From: Clostridia bacterium
GTDB lineage: Bacteria > Bacillota > Clostridia > Oscillospirales > CAG-272
Length of the DNA stretch: 64,000 bases
Reading direction: 5' to 3'
Assembly: GCA_017461765.1 (NCBI GenBank)
Contig: JAFTXO010000019.1
Location: 6,050 to 70,049, forward strand
Shown here piece after piece: positions 9,534 to 18,457 of this stretch. The position numbers and the translations under genes were made by a program. Within the stretch, counting starts at the first letter, position 1, and every line of letters begins with the position of its first letter. Below the pieces are notes generated by a model. The model worked only from the letters and a program-made list of their open reading frames with translations, searched no databases and was not told the DNA's origin.

Positions 9534-10146
9534 ATACGGTTTGAATCTTCGGAGTATTTATCTTACATATTCCGATTTCTCCGTCCTCGGCTATTCTTTT
9601 AAGTGTATCCTGCTCGAAGGATCTGTCTTTTTTATCTATATAATCAAGTGCTTCGTTTTCAAATATCATCGTTCCTGTGTTTATCCATCTTTGAAGTGAT
9701 GGAAGCTGATATGCGGATATTGTTGCAACATTGCCGCTTTCCTTATGAAATTCGACCGTTTTTTCAACATCAATACAGGGTAAGATATCTCCGTAGGTGA
9801 AAATAAAGGCGTTTTCACCGATATATTTCGATATAAAATCAAGTGTTTTTGACGTATCCTCATTGCATTCGCGTTCAACAGTCTGTATTCTGAATTTTTT
9901 TGCGATCTTTTCAAAATACACATTTTTCTCATCGAGAATATATCCGTTTTGCGTATCGGCTAAAATGTTCAAATATTCTTTTATTCTGCTCTCTCCCTTT
10001 GGAACTGTCATTATGAAATCATCATATCCGCTTTTTAAAAAATGGGTGATTACATAATAGAGTATCGGCTTGCCGTTTATCCGAAGCATAGAGGCTTCGA
10101 TGCCGTTTTGTGTTTTTTGCTTGTTTGATAAAATTACGACCTTCAT
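9532..10146 (-). CDS. RfbF-like sugar-phosphate nucleotidyltransferase homolog with degenerate NTP-binding loop
   Basis: Blocks MKVVIL, INGKPILYYV, AFIFTYGD and VEFHKESGNVATISA resemble glucose-1-phosphate cytidylyltransferase. The GGxGTR..KP loop is replaced by SNKQKTQNG. Confidence 0.6.
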   Translation of the reverse strand: MKVVILSNKQKTQNGIEASMLRINGKPILYYVITHFLKSGYDDFIMTVPKGESRIKEYLNILADTQNGYILDEKNVYFEKIAKKFRIQTVERECNEDTSKTLDFISKYIGENAFIFTYGDILPCIDVEKTVEFHKESGNVATISAYQLPSLQRWINTGTMIFENEALDYIDKKDRSFEQDTLKRIAEDGEIGICKINTPKIQTV

Positions 10147-10234
10147 TTTCTTCTCCGCAGTTTTTCTTTTTATTATTATCCTCTTTTAAAAATTTATGCG
10201 GATGCTCTTAATTTTTATATCATATACATTCATT

Positions 10235-10248
10235 TGAACATATGTTCA
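10235..10248. promoter_or_regulatory. candidate LexA (SOS/Cheo-type) operator
   Basis: Perfect 14-bp palindrome TGAACATATGTTCA with GAAC-N4-GTTC core, about 90 nt upstream of the 10146 start. It overlaps a possible TGAACA-18-TATGAT promoter on the minus strand. Confidence 0.45.
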
Positions 10249-10403
10249 TTTGTATAAATTTGTAGAACAAGGACAAATTATTTGATTTTTCGTCTAAATA
10301 GATACATTTTTGTAGCCTCATGATTTTTGATTTTTAAAATCGCTCGCACCTACGTTACAAATGCTTTCTCTTGTGCATGATAATTTTGCGACACAGTAAA
10401 GAT

Positions 10404-10430
10404 GCCCGACCTCTTGAATTGAAGTCGGGC
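10404..10430 (-). terminator. weak hairpin after CotH gene
   Basis: Stem gcccgac/gtcgggc just downstream of the stop at 10451. The U-tract is poor. Confidence 0.3.
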
Positions 10431-10450
10431 ATTCTATCAATATTGATTTT

Positions 10451-12349
10451 TTAAAACAGTTCTTTACCGAGGATCTCTTCTATTTTTGAAAGAGTAACTT
10501 GCATTGACTGTCTTATTATTCTGTAAAGATAATCCTGTTGCAGATCTTGAGGCGCGGGAAATTTTATGATTTGAACAAACGGTACTATATCGGCGTATAT
10601 TACATTCAAAACTCTTTCTCTTGTAGTAACATCGCAATTCCAATTTTTCGCGAGCCAGCTCGTTCTTGCTTCCAGGCAATATGCAAGATAGCCGATAGTC
10701 GTGTTTTTCGTGTTGTTTATAATATCGGAATATTGGGATACCGAATGGAAGGTCGTTATGGAGCTCCATGTATCATAATGAAATCCGTCATAATATAAGG
10801 GCCATTTGTCAGCATCAAAGCTATTCCATCTTACTCTTTCCATTGCGATTGAGTCGCCCATATACTCAACCTGTTGATCTATATATCCTCCTGCATCAAG
10901 CATATCGTATATAGTATCATAAATTCTTTCAAAGTGTTCTTTTACCTTAGCATTGAAATCATCGTGCTGTGTAAGCGCGTTCCAAGGTGTTCTGTATCTT
11001 GCCCAATACGTATTCTGAACGTGAGCATTATTTTTCATAATGTTTCCGAGAGTATTATCGCAGTCCCAAAGCGGGCCTTTGAATATCTTACTTGTTTGAC
11101 CGTCAACATCAGCATCCTTATAGAAGAATATGCTTGCAGAGCCTGCATCATAGTTTCTTCCGAGCTCAGCCATTATATAAGCGTATGCAAAGGAATCAAT
11201 ATCTATATATTCCGTATAATGTATACCCAAGGAGTTTATTCCGTCAGATGCTGTAAACGCCTCCTCCATCATAGCAAATAATCTTGCTATATACTCAACC
11301 TGCTCCTTAGAGCAATATTCGGGTGATTTTATTACGTAATAATTTTCTGCAAGATCGGTTTTTGTAATAAAGTACGATGCGTCCTCACGCCCGTTCTTTC
11401 TGTTATTATCAAGCTCGATCAAATATCCGCCAGTGATATCGTCAGGAACAACAACTCCCTCGACATATCTGTATTCGGTAACGATCGTTTCGTCAATAAG
11501 AGTACCTGAGGTAACGGTAACGCTATTTCCCGAATATGTAGGATTAAGATCATCCATAAGCTTTTCCATATCCGTTATATTTAAGCGGTTTTCCTGTATC
11601 TGAACCTTTTCACAAAGCAAATATATTCCCTGATATTCGCCATCCAAGTAAACATCAACGCTTCTATACTCACAAGCCTGCATACCGAGCGATGCAAGCT
11701 CGTATAAAAGCGCATTTCTGATAAGAGACTGATCAAGATAGTTAGCGAGTAGTATCCATGTTCTTGCCTCGCCCATGCCGAAAAGATCGGCTTTTCTTTC
11801 GAATTTCATTTGAAAAGGCTTTTTTGCGTAATACGGTGTCGTATTTCCGCGAACTCTGAGTTGGCTATTTGCAAGTGTATCAGCATATTCATACGAGCCA
11901 TCACTATTTATGATAGCTATTTTCGTTGTCTCGTCGGTCTTTTCATTCTTCAATATTTCTTCCTTACCAAGAGAGGTTGAAAGAAATACCGCAGAGAGAT
12001 TGTTTGCTTTATAAACAGTATAAACATCGGGACTTTTTCCTACCAAAAAGTTGATCTCGTAGCATTTATTTCCGTTTGCATCTGTCGTTTCAAACTTAGT
12101 AAGGTCGATCTTTGAACCATCTGCAACTGCGGTACCGTCTTCGAGTGTGATATTAGTAAATGAGGAGGAAAAATTCACCTCAATATCGGTAAGATCCGAA
12201 CATGCGGGCAAATATATCTTTTTATCAATGGGCTGTATTTTCTGACCGTTTGAAAGAGTAAAGCTTGCCCCTACATTTCTCGCAGATGCGGTAATGGAAA
12301 AGACAAATATAAAAAATACTACCGAGAGAAAAACATAGACTTTTTTCAT
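10451..12349 (-). CDS. secreted CotH kinase-family protein
   Basis: Signal peptide ending ASA. CotH blocks LRVRGNTTPYYAKKPFQMKFERK, WILLANYLDQSLIRNAL and VDVYLDGEYQGIYLLCEK. Confidence 0.8.
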   Translation of the reverse strand: MKKVYVFLSVVFFIFVFSITASARNVGASFTLSNGQKIQPIDKKIYLPACSDLTDIEVNFSSSFTNITLEDGTAVADGSKIDLTKFETTDANGNKCYEINFLVGKSPDVYTVYKANNLSAVFLSTSLGKEEILKNEKTDETTKIAIINSDGSYEYADTLANSQLRVRGNTTPYYAKKPFQMKFERKADLFGMGEARTWILLANYLDQSLIRNALLYELASLGMQACEYRSVDVYLDGEYQGIYLLCEKVQIQENRLNITDMEKLMDDLNPTYSGNSVTVTSGTLIDETIVTEYRYVEGVVVPDDITGGYLIELDNNRKNGREDASYFITKTDLAENYYVIKSPEYCSKEQVEYIARLFAMMEEAFTASDGINSLGIHYTEYIDIDSFAYAYIMAELGRNYDAGSASIFFYKDADVDGQTSKIFKGPLWDCDNTLGNIMKNNAHVQNTYWARYRTPWNALTQHDDFNAKVKEHFERIYDTIYDMLDAGGYIDQQVEYMGDSIAMERVRWNSFDADKWPLYYDGFHYDTWSSITTFHSVSQYSDIINNTKNTTIGYLAYCLEARTSWLAKNWNCDVTTRERVLNVIYADIVPFVQIIKFPAPQDLQQDYLYRIIRQSMQVTLSKIEEILGKELF

Positions 12350-12364
12350 TTTTATATCTCCTTT

Positions 12365-13558
12365 TTAAATATTTTCATATCTTGAGGAAAAATAATCTCT
12401 GTCTACTGTGATAATTATCACGTATAGGGGATTGATCTTCCTTATTTCTTCCGAGATCTCTTTGCATAAGCGCTCATTTTCTATTGGCATATCGTTTGAT
12501 ATGCTGATATCAAAAATTATCTTTGTTTGAGAGCTAAAGCCCTTCACCACACGAAAATCGTGCATTGAAACGGGATTTGAATACTCTGCGGCAATATCCG
12601 ATATTATCCTCGAGCATTGTTCTCTTAGTCGGTTTGTTTCGGGATCTGTCATACATACAGGGTCCATATGAATAACAAGGTTTACATTCATTTCTTTTAA
12701 TATATCAGCCTCGATCGTATCTACCATATCGTGACTCAGCATAACATCATCCTCGGAGTCTATCTCGACGTGTACGCTTGCGAAATACTTATTTGCTCCG
12801 TAGGAATGAATCACAAGATCGTGTATACCCAAAACTCCGTCATAGCTTTTTATCTTTTGTGTGAGATTATATAAAAATTCTGCATCGGGTGCTTTTCCGA
12901 GCAAGGTGTTTGAGGATTCGAATACCATTTTTATGCCGAGTGCAAGAATATACACTGAGATTATACAGCCAAGTATACCGTCTGTATAAATTCCGAGATA
13001 CGGAGTAAGTATCATTCCAACAACGACGGCTGACGTTGCTATAACATCGCTTATACTGTCAATTGCAGTAGCCTTAAGTGTTGAAGAGTTTATATGCTTG
13101 CCGAGCCTTGCATTAAGTATAGCCATAAATATTTTAACGGCTACCGTTGATGCTATAACTATTATAGCAACGGTGGAATACTCAGTTGAGCCCTGCGGAT
13201 CTATGAGCTTTTCTATTGATGATTTCAGCGTTTCAACGCCGAGTACCATTACTATCAGAGATATAAAGAGCGAGCAAAGATATTCCATTCTTGCGTGTCC
13301 GTAGGGATGCTCCTTATCAGCAGGCTTTCCTGTCATGGTATATCCTACAACAGTTAATATATTAGAGCCTGCGTCGGAAAAGTTATTTAGTGAATCGGCG
13401 ATTATAGACACGCTTCCGAATATAATTCCGAATATTATCTTTACAGCAAACAAAACAATGTTTGCAACTATTCCTACAAATCCCGCAAATCTTCCAACGC
13501 GAATACGTACTGCAGGGTCTTCAGGCTTATCGTAGTCTTTTATAAGTTTATTGATCAT
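12365..13558 (-). CDS. cation diffusion facilitator (CDF) family metal efflux transporter
   Basis: Six TM helices, IIADSLNNFSD and AIDSISDV metal-site motifs, HPYGHARMEY, and a C-terminal cytoplasmic domain. Confidence 0.85.
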   Translation of the reverse strand: MINKLIKDYDKPEDPAVRIRVGRFAGFVGIVANIVLFAVKIIFGIIFGSVSIIADSLNNFSDAGSNILTVVGYTMTGKPADKEHPYGHARMEYLCSLFISLIVMVLGVETLKSSIEKLIDPQGSTEYSTVAIIVIASTVAVKIFMAILNARLGKHINSSTLKATAIDSISDVIATSAVVVGMILTPYLGIYTDGILGCIISVYILALGIKMVFESSNTLLGKAPDAEFLYNLTQKIKSYDGVLGIHDLVIHSYGANKYFASVHVEIDSEDDVMLSHDMVDTIEADILKEMNVNLVIHMDPVCMTDPETNRLREQCSRIISDIAAEYSNPVSMHDFRVVKGFSSQTKIIFDISISNDMPIENERLCKEISEEIRKINPLYVIIITVDRDYFSSRYENI

Positions 13559-14180
13559 TTTCTTCCTTCACTGCAATGATTTCCTTTGCATATGGCAAGG
13601 TCATTATAAGATCACACATATCGTGCCATTCAGAAAGCTTATGATTGCGTCTGGCATAATAAATATTGATAAGTGTTTCGTAATTCATCGTGCAGGTCCT
13701 CATTTGATTATAGCTTGAGGGCAAGAGCTGTATCATATCGTTCCAATATGATTTTTCCTTCGTTTCTATGAATTTTATTCTTACATTTTCAAGATATTCT
13801 ATTATGTTATCAAGAACCTTAAGCGCCTCCTCTGACATTTTATCGCAGCTGAAATCGCTTCTTTCAAATTTCTTTGAATGGATTTTGTGCATAGTCGATG
13901 TCGAGTTTGCGACTGTTGCAACCTTATACGTATCATATTCCTTCCACCAGTAAAGCGGTGCGGTTATATCCATGCTTACTATGATCTGTCTTAAAAATTT
14001 TCTGTGATCACTGCCCGCTTTTGCAAGACGCACTGCGAGCGAAAGATCGTTTTCTCCCAAAACATAGTTTCCGTTTTCGTCATAATAGCTATCACTCTTC
14101 GCCCACGAATTCAGCGGATTACGAGCACCTCTCATAGCATTTTCCAAATTCATCACAGAAACTCTTTCGATTTTTATCAT
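13548..14180 (-). CDS. ThyX-fold (Thy1-like) protein lacking the RHRxxS signature
   Basis: My by-eye alignment to ThyX pairs ITAPLYWWKEYDTYKVATVANSTSTMH with [25 protein letters not shown], and RRNHKLSEW with RADSHAQWE. The RHR residues are replaced by DTY. Confidence 0.45.
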   Translation of the reverse strand: MIKIERVSVMNLENAMRGARNPLNSWAKSDSYYDENGNYVLGENDLSLAVRLAKAGSDHRKFLRQIIVSMDITAPLYWWKEYDTYKVATVANSTSTMHKIHSKKFERSDFSCDKMSEEALKVLDNIIEYLENVRIKFIETKEKSYWNDMIQLLPSSYNQMRTCTMNYETLINIYYARRNHKLSEWHDMCDLIMTLPYAKEIIAVKEENDQ

Positions 14181-14214
14181 ATATATCCTCCAAAACTACT
14201 TCTTCTTATATTAT

Positions 14215-14243
14215 ATGATACCATAATAATATTTTCTTGTCAA
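14215..14243 (-). promoter_or_regulatory. sigma-A promoter of ThyX-like/CDF/CotH operon
   Basis: Minus strand reads TTGACA, 17 bp spacer, TATCAT, with a TG extended -10. Confidence 0.55.
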
Positions 14244-14346
14244 TAAATCTTTTTGAACGGCTTAAAATTGTTTTTTGTTTTTATGAATAATTGATTTTTT
14301 CTGCGCAAATACTATCGTTGTAAAAATTTGAAAGGATGAAAAGTTT

Positions 14347-15021
14347 ATGGAAGAAGAAAACAAGAAAAATACAAAAGGGTTTTATATAACGCTTGCGCTT
14401 ATGCTCGCGGTTGTTGCAATTCTTATAATCGCAAGCATAGCTTCTAAGCGTTCAAACGACACTCCCGGCACTACGGATACCGAGCAAAGCTCTACTGAGG
14501 ATCAAAGCTCCACAGATGATTCGCCAACTATATCCGATACAGACAAGCTGCCCGAGTTTTCATTACCCGTCAGCGGTAATATCAGCATCGATTACAGCGA
14601 CACAGTCCCCGTCTTTTCTATTACGATGGGTGACTACCGTACACATCTTGGCGTTGATATCGAGGGTGAATTAGGCACTGAGGTATTGGCGGTTGCGGAC
14701 GGTATTGTTACAAATGTCTGGGACGACCCGTTTATGGGCACTTGTATCTCAATTGAGCACTCAGGAAATGCTGTAAGTATCTATAAAAACCTCGACCCTG
14801 TGGTTAAAGAAGGCATCGTTATCGGTTGCGAGGTAAAGAGCGGTGATGTTATCGGCGTTATCGGTGAGAGCGCTATGAACGAGATTGCTCAAGAGCCTCA
14901 CTTGCATTATGAGCTGAAGGTTGCTGACAAGCACGTTGATCCTAAGGATCATTTTAAGTTCCCTTCAAAAAATAACACACAGGATGGCAGCTCCTCCTCT
15001 GAAGAATCCTCGGCTCGATAA
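14347..15021 (+). CDS. membrane-anchored M23/LytM metallopeptidase (SpoIIQ-like architecture)
   Basis: N-terminal TM helix, acidic S/T linker, intact HxxxD (HLGVD) and HxH (HLHYE) motifs. Confidence 0.8.
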   Translation: MEEENKKNTKGFYITLALMLAVVAILIIASIASKRSNDTPGTTDTEQSSTEDQSSTDDSPTISDTDKLPEFSLPVSGNISIDYSDTVPVFSITMGDYRTHLGVDIEGELGTEVLAVADGIVTNVWDDPFMGTCISIEHSGNAVSIYKNLDPVVKEGIVIGCEVKSGDVIGVIGESAMNEIAQEPHLHYELKVADKHVDPKDHFKFPSKNNTQDGSSSSEESSAR

Positions 15022-15034
15022 GTATTTATAAAGA

Positions 15035-15072
15035 AAAAGAGATTTTTGCATTAACCGCAAAAATCTCTTTTT
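15035..15072. terminator. bidirectional intrinsic terminator
   Basis: Stem aagagatttttgc/gcaaaaatctctt with flanking A and T runs, between convergent genes. Confidence 0.8.
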
Positions 15073-15086
15073 ACTTTGTTAGATTA

Positions 15087-16055
15087 TTATGCCCAACGCA
15101 TTCCGCCGGGTTTTTCTTCTTTTATAATTACCTTTTCGAGAACCTCTACAGCCTTTTTAAGTCCTTCGTCGATACTCATAAGGCTATCCTCGTGCTCTAT
15201 CGAAAGAACCTTATCGTAGCCTGCGAGACGAAGTGCGCTTACAAAGTCTCTCCAATAATCCTCTCCGTGACCGTAGCCTACTGTACGGAAGATCCAAGAA
15301 CGGTGACGCTCGTCGCCATAGTGCTTTGTATCAAGAACACCGTTTACAGCTGTGTTTATTTCGTCGATCTTTGTATCCTTTGCGTGTACGTGGTATATTG
15401 CGCCTGCAAGAGCACGAATTGCTGCAACAGGATTTACGCCCTGCCAAATAAGGTGTGAGGGGTCGAAGTTTGCGCCGATAACGTCGCCAACAGCCTCACG
15501 AAGCTTCAAAAGTGTTTCGGGATTATATACGCAAAAGCCCGGATGCATTTCAAGTGCTATCTTTGTTACCTTGTGCGATTTAGCGAATGCGGTCATCTCT
15601 TTCCAATAAGGGATCATTACATCATTCCACTGATATTCAAGAGTTGTGAGAAAATCGTCGGGCCAAGGGCAAGTCACCCAGCTTGGAAGCTTTGCATCGG
15701 GATCAGAGCCGGGACAGCCCGAAAATCCGATTATTGTATCGATGCCGAGCTTTTCGGCAAGAAGGATCGCATTTCTCATATCATCGTCAAACTGCTTTGC
15801 GATAGCCTTATCAGGATGGATAGGGTTACCGTGGCAAGCGAGAGCGCATATTTCAACATCGTATTTTTTAAATGTTGCCTTAAACTCTTCAAGCTTCTTT
15901 TCGTCCTTAAGGAGCTCGGCAGGATTACAGTGATCCTTTCCGGGATATCCGCCCGCACCGATCTCAACAGAACGAACGCCGAGTGACGAGATTATTTTGA
16001 GTGCTTCATCAAGAGGTTTGCTTCCGTAAAGGTTTGCAAGAACACTAAGTTTCAT
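15087..16055 (-). CDS. sugar phosphate isomerase/epimerase (xylose isomerase-like TIM barrel)
   Basis: 322 aa with typical AP-endonuclease-2/TIM-barrel blocks (SVEIGAGG, LEMHPG, SIEHED). Confidence 0.75.
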   Translation of the reverse strand: MKLSVLANLYGSKPLDEALKIISSLGVRSVEIGAGGYPGKDHCNPAELLKDEKKLEEFKATFKKYDVEICALACHGNPIHPDKAIAKQFDDDMRNAILLAEKLGIDTIIGFSGCPGSDPDAKLPSWVTCPWPDDFLTTLEYQWNDVMIPYWKEMTAFAKSHKVTKIALEMHPGFCVYNPETLLKLREAVGDVIGANFDPSHLIWQGVNPVAAIRALAGAIYHVHAKDTKIDEINTAVNGVLDTKHYGDERHRSWIFRTVGYGHGEDYWRDFVSALRLAGYDKVLSIEHEDSLMSIDEGLKKAVEVLEKVIIKEEKPGGMRWA

Positions 16056-16076
16056 TGTTTTTCTCCTTAAGCAAAA

Positions 16077-17171
16077 TTAATTATTTTCAAAGTAGAAGGG
16101 CTTGCCTGTCTTTGCAGACTCGTAAATACCCTCAAGTATTTGAGTTACACAGTATGCCTGCTCGGGAAGAACTGTGGGCTTTGTGCCGTTTATAACTGCA
16201 TTGATCCACTGCTTTGCTTCCTCAGCACCTGCATCGTATGAGCCTGCATCGTAGAATGCTACGCCCTTACCGTCGAGGTTGGGACGTGTTTCATACATAT
16301 TACCGTGCTTTACGCCATTGATCTCAAGAATACCCTGATCGATCATTTTAGCGCCTGCTTTTGTTCCGCAGATCGTTGTACAAGCTTCCTTTGTATCGGT
16401 CATATTGATTGCCCAAGAGGACTCAAGAACGATAGTTGCGCCGTTTTCCATTACAACGAAGCCGAATGCACAGTCTTCAACCGTGAACTCCTCAGGCTTC
16501 CAGTCGCCCCAAGCGTTTGCTGTATCCTTTTGGTTATTGAGTGCGTGATATGTAGTACCTACGCAATATTTGGGCTTATAGTTATCCATTGTCCAAAGTG
16601 TGAGGTCAAGAGCATGAGTTCCGATATCGATAAGAGGTCCGCCGCCCTGTTCATATTCGTTTATAAATACGCCCCATGTGGGAACTGCACGGCGACGAAG
16701 CGCTGTTGCCTTTGCATAGTAGATATCTCCGAATACGCCTGCCTCAGCCTCAGCCTTAAGATATTTGGAGTCTTTTCTTTGTCTGTTCTGGTAGCCTATT
16801 GTAAGCATTTTGCCTGTGCGATTTGCAGCGTCTACCATCTTTTTAGCTTCTTCAGCGTTTATAGCCATAGGCTTTTCGCACATTACGTGCTTGCCCGCCT
16901 CCAAAGCGTCAACCGTTATGAAGCTATGGCTTCTGTTAGGTGTACATACGTGAATTACATCAATGCTTTTATCCTTGAGCAATTCCTTATAATCGGTATA
17001 AACCTTTGCGTCCTCTGTACCGAATTTTTTTGCAGCCTCCGCAGCTCTTTCCTCTACGATGTCGCAGAAAGCAACCATTTCAACCTCTTTAACCTTTTTG
17101 AGTGAGGGCATATGCTTTCCATTTGCGATACCGCCGCAACCGATAATACCAACTTTTACTTTTTTGTTCAT
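16077..17171 (-). CDS. Gfo/Idh/MocA family oxidoreductase
   Basis: N-terminal Rossmann motif VGIIGCGGIA and the EKP motif (MCEKPMA). Confidence 0.85.
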   Translation of the reverse strand: MNKKVKVGIIGCGGIANGKHMPSLKKVKEVEMVAFCDIVEERAAEAAKKFGTEDAKVYTDYKELLKDKSIDVIHVCTPNRSHSFITVDALEAGKHVMCEKPMAINAEEAKKMVDAANRTGKMLTIGYQNRQRKDSKYLKAEAEAGVFGDIYYAKATALRRRAVPTWGVFINEYEQGGGPLIDIGTHALDLTLWTMDNYKPKYCVGTTYHALNNQKDTANAWGDWKPEEFTVEDCAFGFVVMENGATIVLESSWAINMTDTKEACTTICGTKAGAKMIDQGILEINGVKHGNMYETRPNLDGKGVAFYDAGSYDAGAEEAKQWINAVINGTKPTVLPEQAYCVTQILEGIYESAKTGKPFYFENN

Positions 17172-17272
17172 TTGAGCTTTCCTCCGTGAAAATAATATTT
17201 CATATAGTTTAATTTTATCATAATAATATTATAAATGCAATACCTTTGTGTCTTTTTTATCGCACTTTTTGA

Positions 17273-17761
17273 TTAAATTTCAGCAATATTCGTAACGAGA
17301 ATATTTCCGCTTGTATTCACAACTCCGTAGGTGGATGACATTCCTATACTGCCCGGATTAAAGAGGTGTAATCTTGAATCCTTTATATCCTCAATTGTAT
17401 CGCAAGGAGTGTGGGTGTGTCCGAAAAACACAGCCTGCGCTCCGTTTTCATATGCGGCGAGCGCTATGTTCTTCAAGGAAAACTTTACGCCGTAACGGTG
17501 ACCGTGAGCTATCATTATTTTTATACCGTCAAGGGTTACAAAAAGCTCCTCGGGATACTCCCCCTCAAAAAAATCGCAATTACCGCGAACCATGAAAAAT
17601 GCAATGCTCGGATATTTGCTCTTGATATATTCCATATCGCGTATACCATCACCGCAAAAAACTATCGCATCACACACTCCCTTATGTCTTTCGAGCACCT
17701 CGGCTATTTTTCTGGAGCGCGAATGAGAGTCGGAAAAAACAAGAATTTTCATCTTTTTCAA
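17273..17761 (-). CDS. YfcE/MJ0936-family metallophosphoesterase
   Basis: Motifs DSH, GD, GNCD and GHTH in order, 162 aa. Confidence 0.85.
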   Translation of the reverse strand: MKKMKILVFSDSHSRSRKIAEVLERHKGVCDAIVFCGDGIRDMEYIKSKYPSIAFFMVRGNCDFFEGEYPEELFVTLDGIKIMIAHGHRYGVKFSLKNIALAAYENGAQAVFFGHTHTPCDTIEDIKDSRLHLFNPGSIGMSSTYGVVNTSGNILVTNIAEI

Positions 17762-17892
17762 TCCTCCTTTTTACATAAAATCAGTATATCATTTTGTTTT
17801 CTCTGTGTCAAGTGAAAAAAGATATCATAATATGATATTAACGCAAGTCGGTCAAAGCGCCGTTTGCTTTTTATGAACATAGGGGGGTCTTT

Positions 17893-18120
17893 ATGAAGGT
17901 AGACAGAAAAAGCATAAATATGCTTCTTAAATTAAACGATGATAATTTGTGGAAGGCTTTACAATTTGCAGCATCCAAATCAGGCGCTGAAAGCATGAAG
18001 GACATTCAAAAGCCGAACGATATGACCAAAATAAGAGCCACACTCTCGGCGCTAAGCGATGAGGATCTTGATAAAATAAATGAGCTTTTAAAAGGCGGAA
18101 AGGGCGGCATTAAGAAATGA
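17893..18120 (+). CDS. hypothetical small protein (75 aa)
   Basis: RBS GGGGGG 5-6 nt upstream. ATGA overlap with the next ORF. No recognisable domain. Confidence 0.5.
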   Translation: MKVDRKSINMLLKLNDDNLWKALQFAASKSGAESMKDIQKPNDMTKIRATLSALSDEDLDKINELLKGGKGGIKK

Positions 18121-18446
18121 GCATGGACAATTTTGAGAATATACTCTCCTCCGTTATGGGAAACGAGGAGCTTATGGGCAGAATATCTAAAATAGTCAAC
18201 GATCACAAGGGTGAGGGGGAAAACGCGGCGCTTTCCGACGTTATAGCAGAGATAAATTCAAGTCTTGAAAAAGAGCAAAAAGCAGACACTCCCACGGCAA
18301 AAACCGAAGCTTCCTCTCCGTTTTCATCTAAAAATCACGATTTACTCTGCGCTCTTAAGCCCTTTATGAGTGAAAAGAGACGAAATATGATTGACAATAT
18401 TCTGAAGCTTCAGCAGATGAGTGAAATAATGAAGCTGACAAAATAG
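18117..18446 (+). CDS. hypothetical small protein (109 aa)
   Basis: Translationally coupled to the upstream ORF. Helical, charged composition. Confidence 0.5.
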   Translation: MSMDNFENILSSVMGNEELMGRISKIVNDHKGEGENAALSDVIAEINSSLEKEQKADTPTAKTEASSPFSSKNHDLLCALKPFMSEKRRNMIDNILKLQQMSEIMKLTK

Positions 18447-18457
18447 AGGGGGGTACT

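Noticed and set aside
16305-17105. Long antisense ORFs in the six-frame track: 266 aa here, 278 aa at 31172-32008, 221 aa at 51474-52139, 189 aa at 48352-48921, 166 aa at 52655-53155 and many shorter ones.
   Set aside because: Each lies opposite a gene with strong family motifs. They have Cys/Leu/Ser-rich shadow-frame composition, no RBS and no recognisable domain. I treat them as frame shadows.
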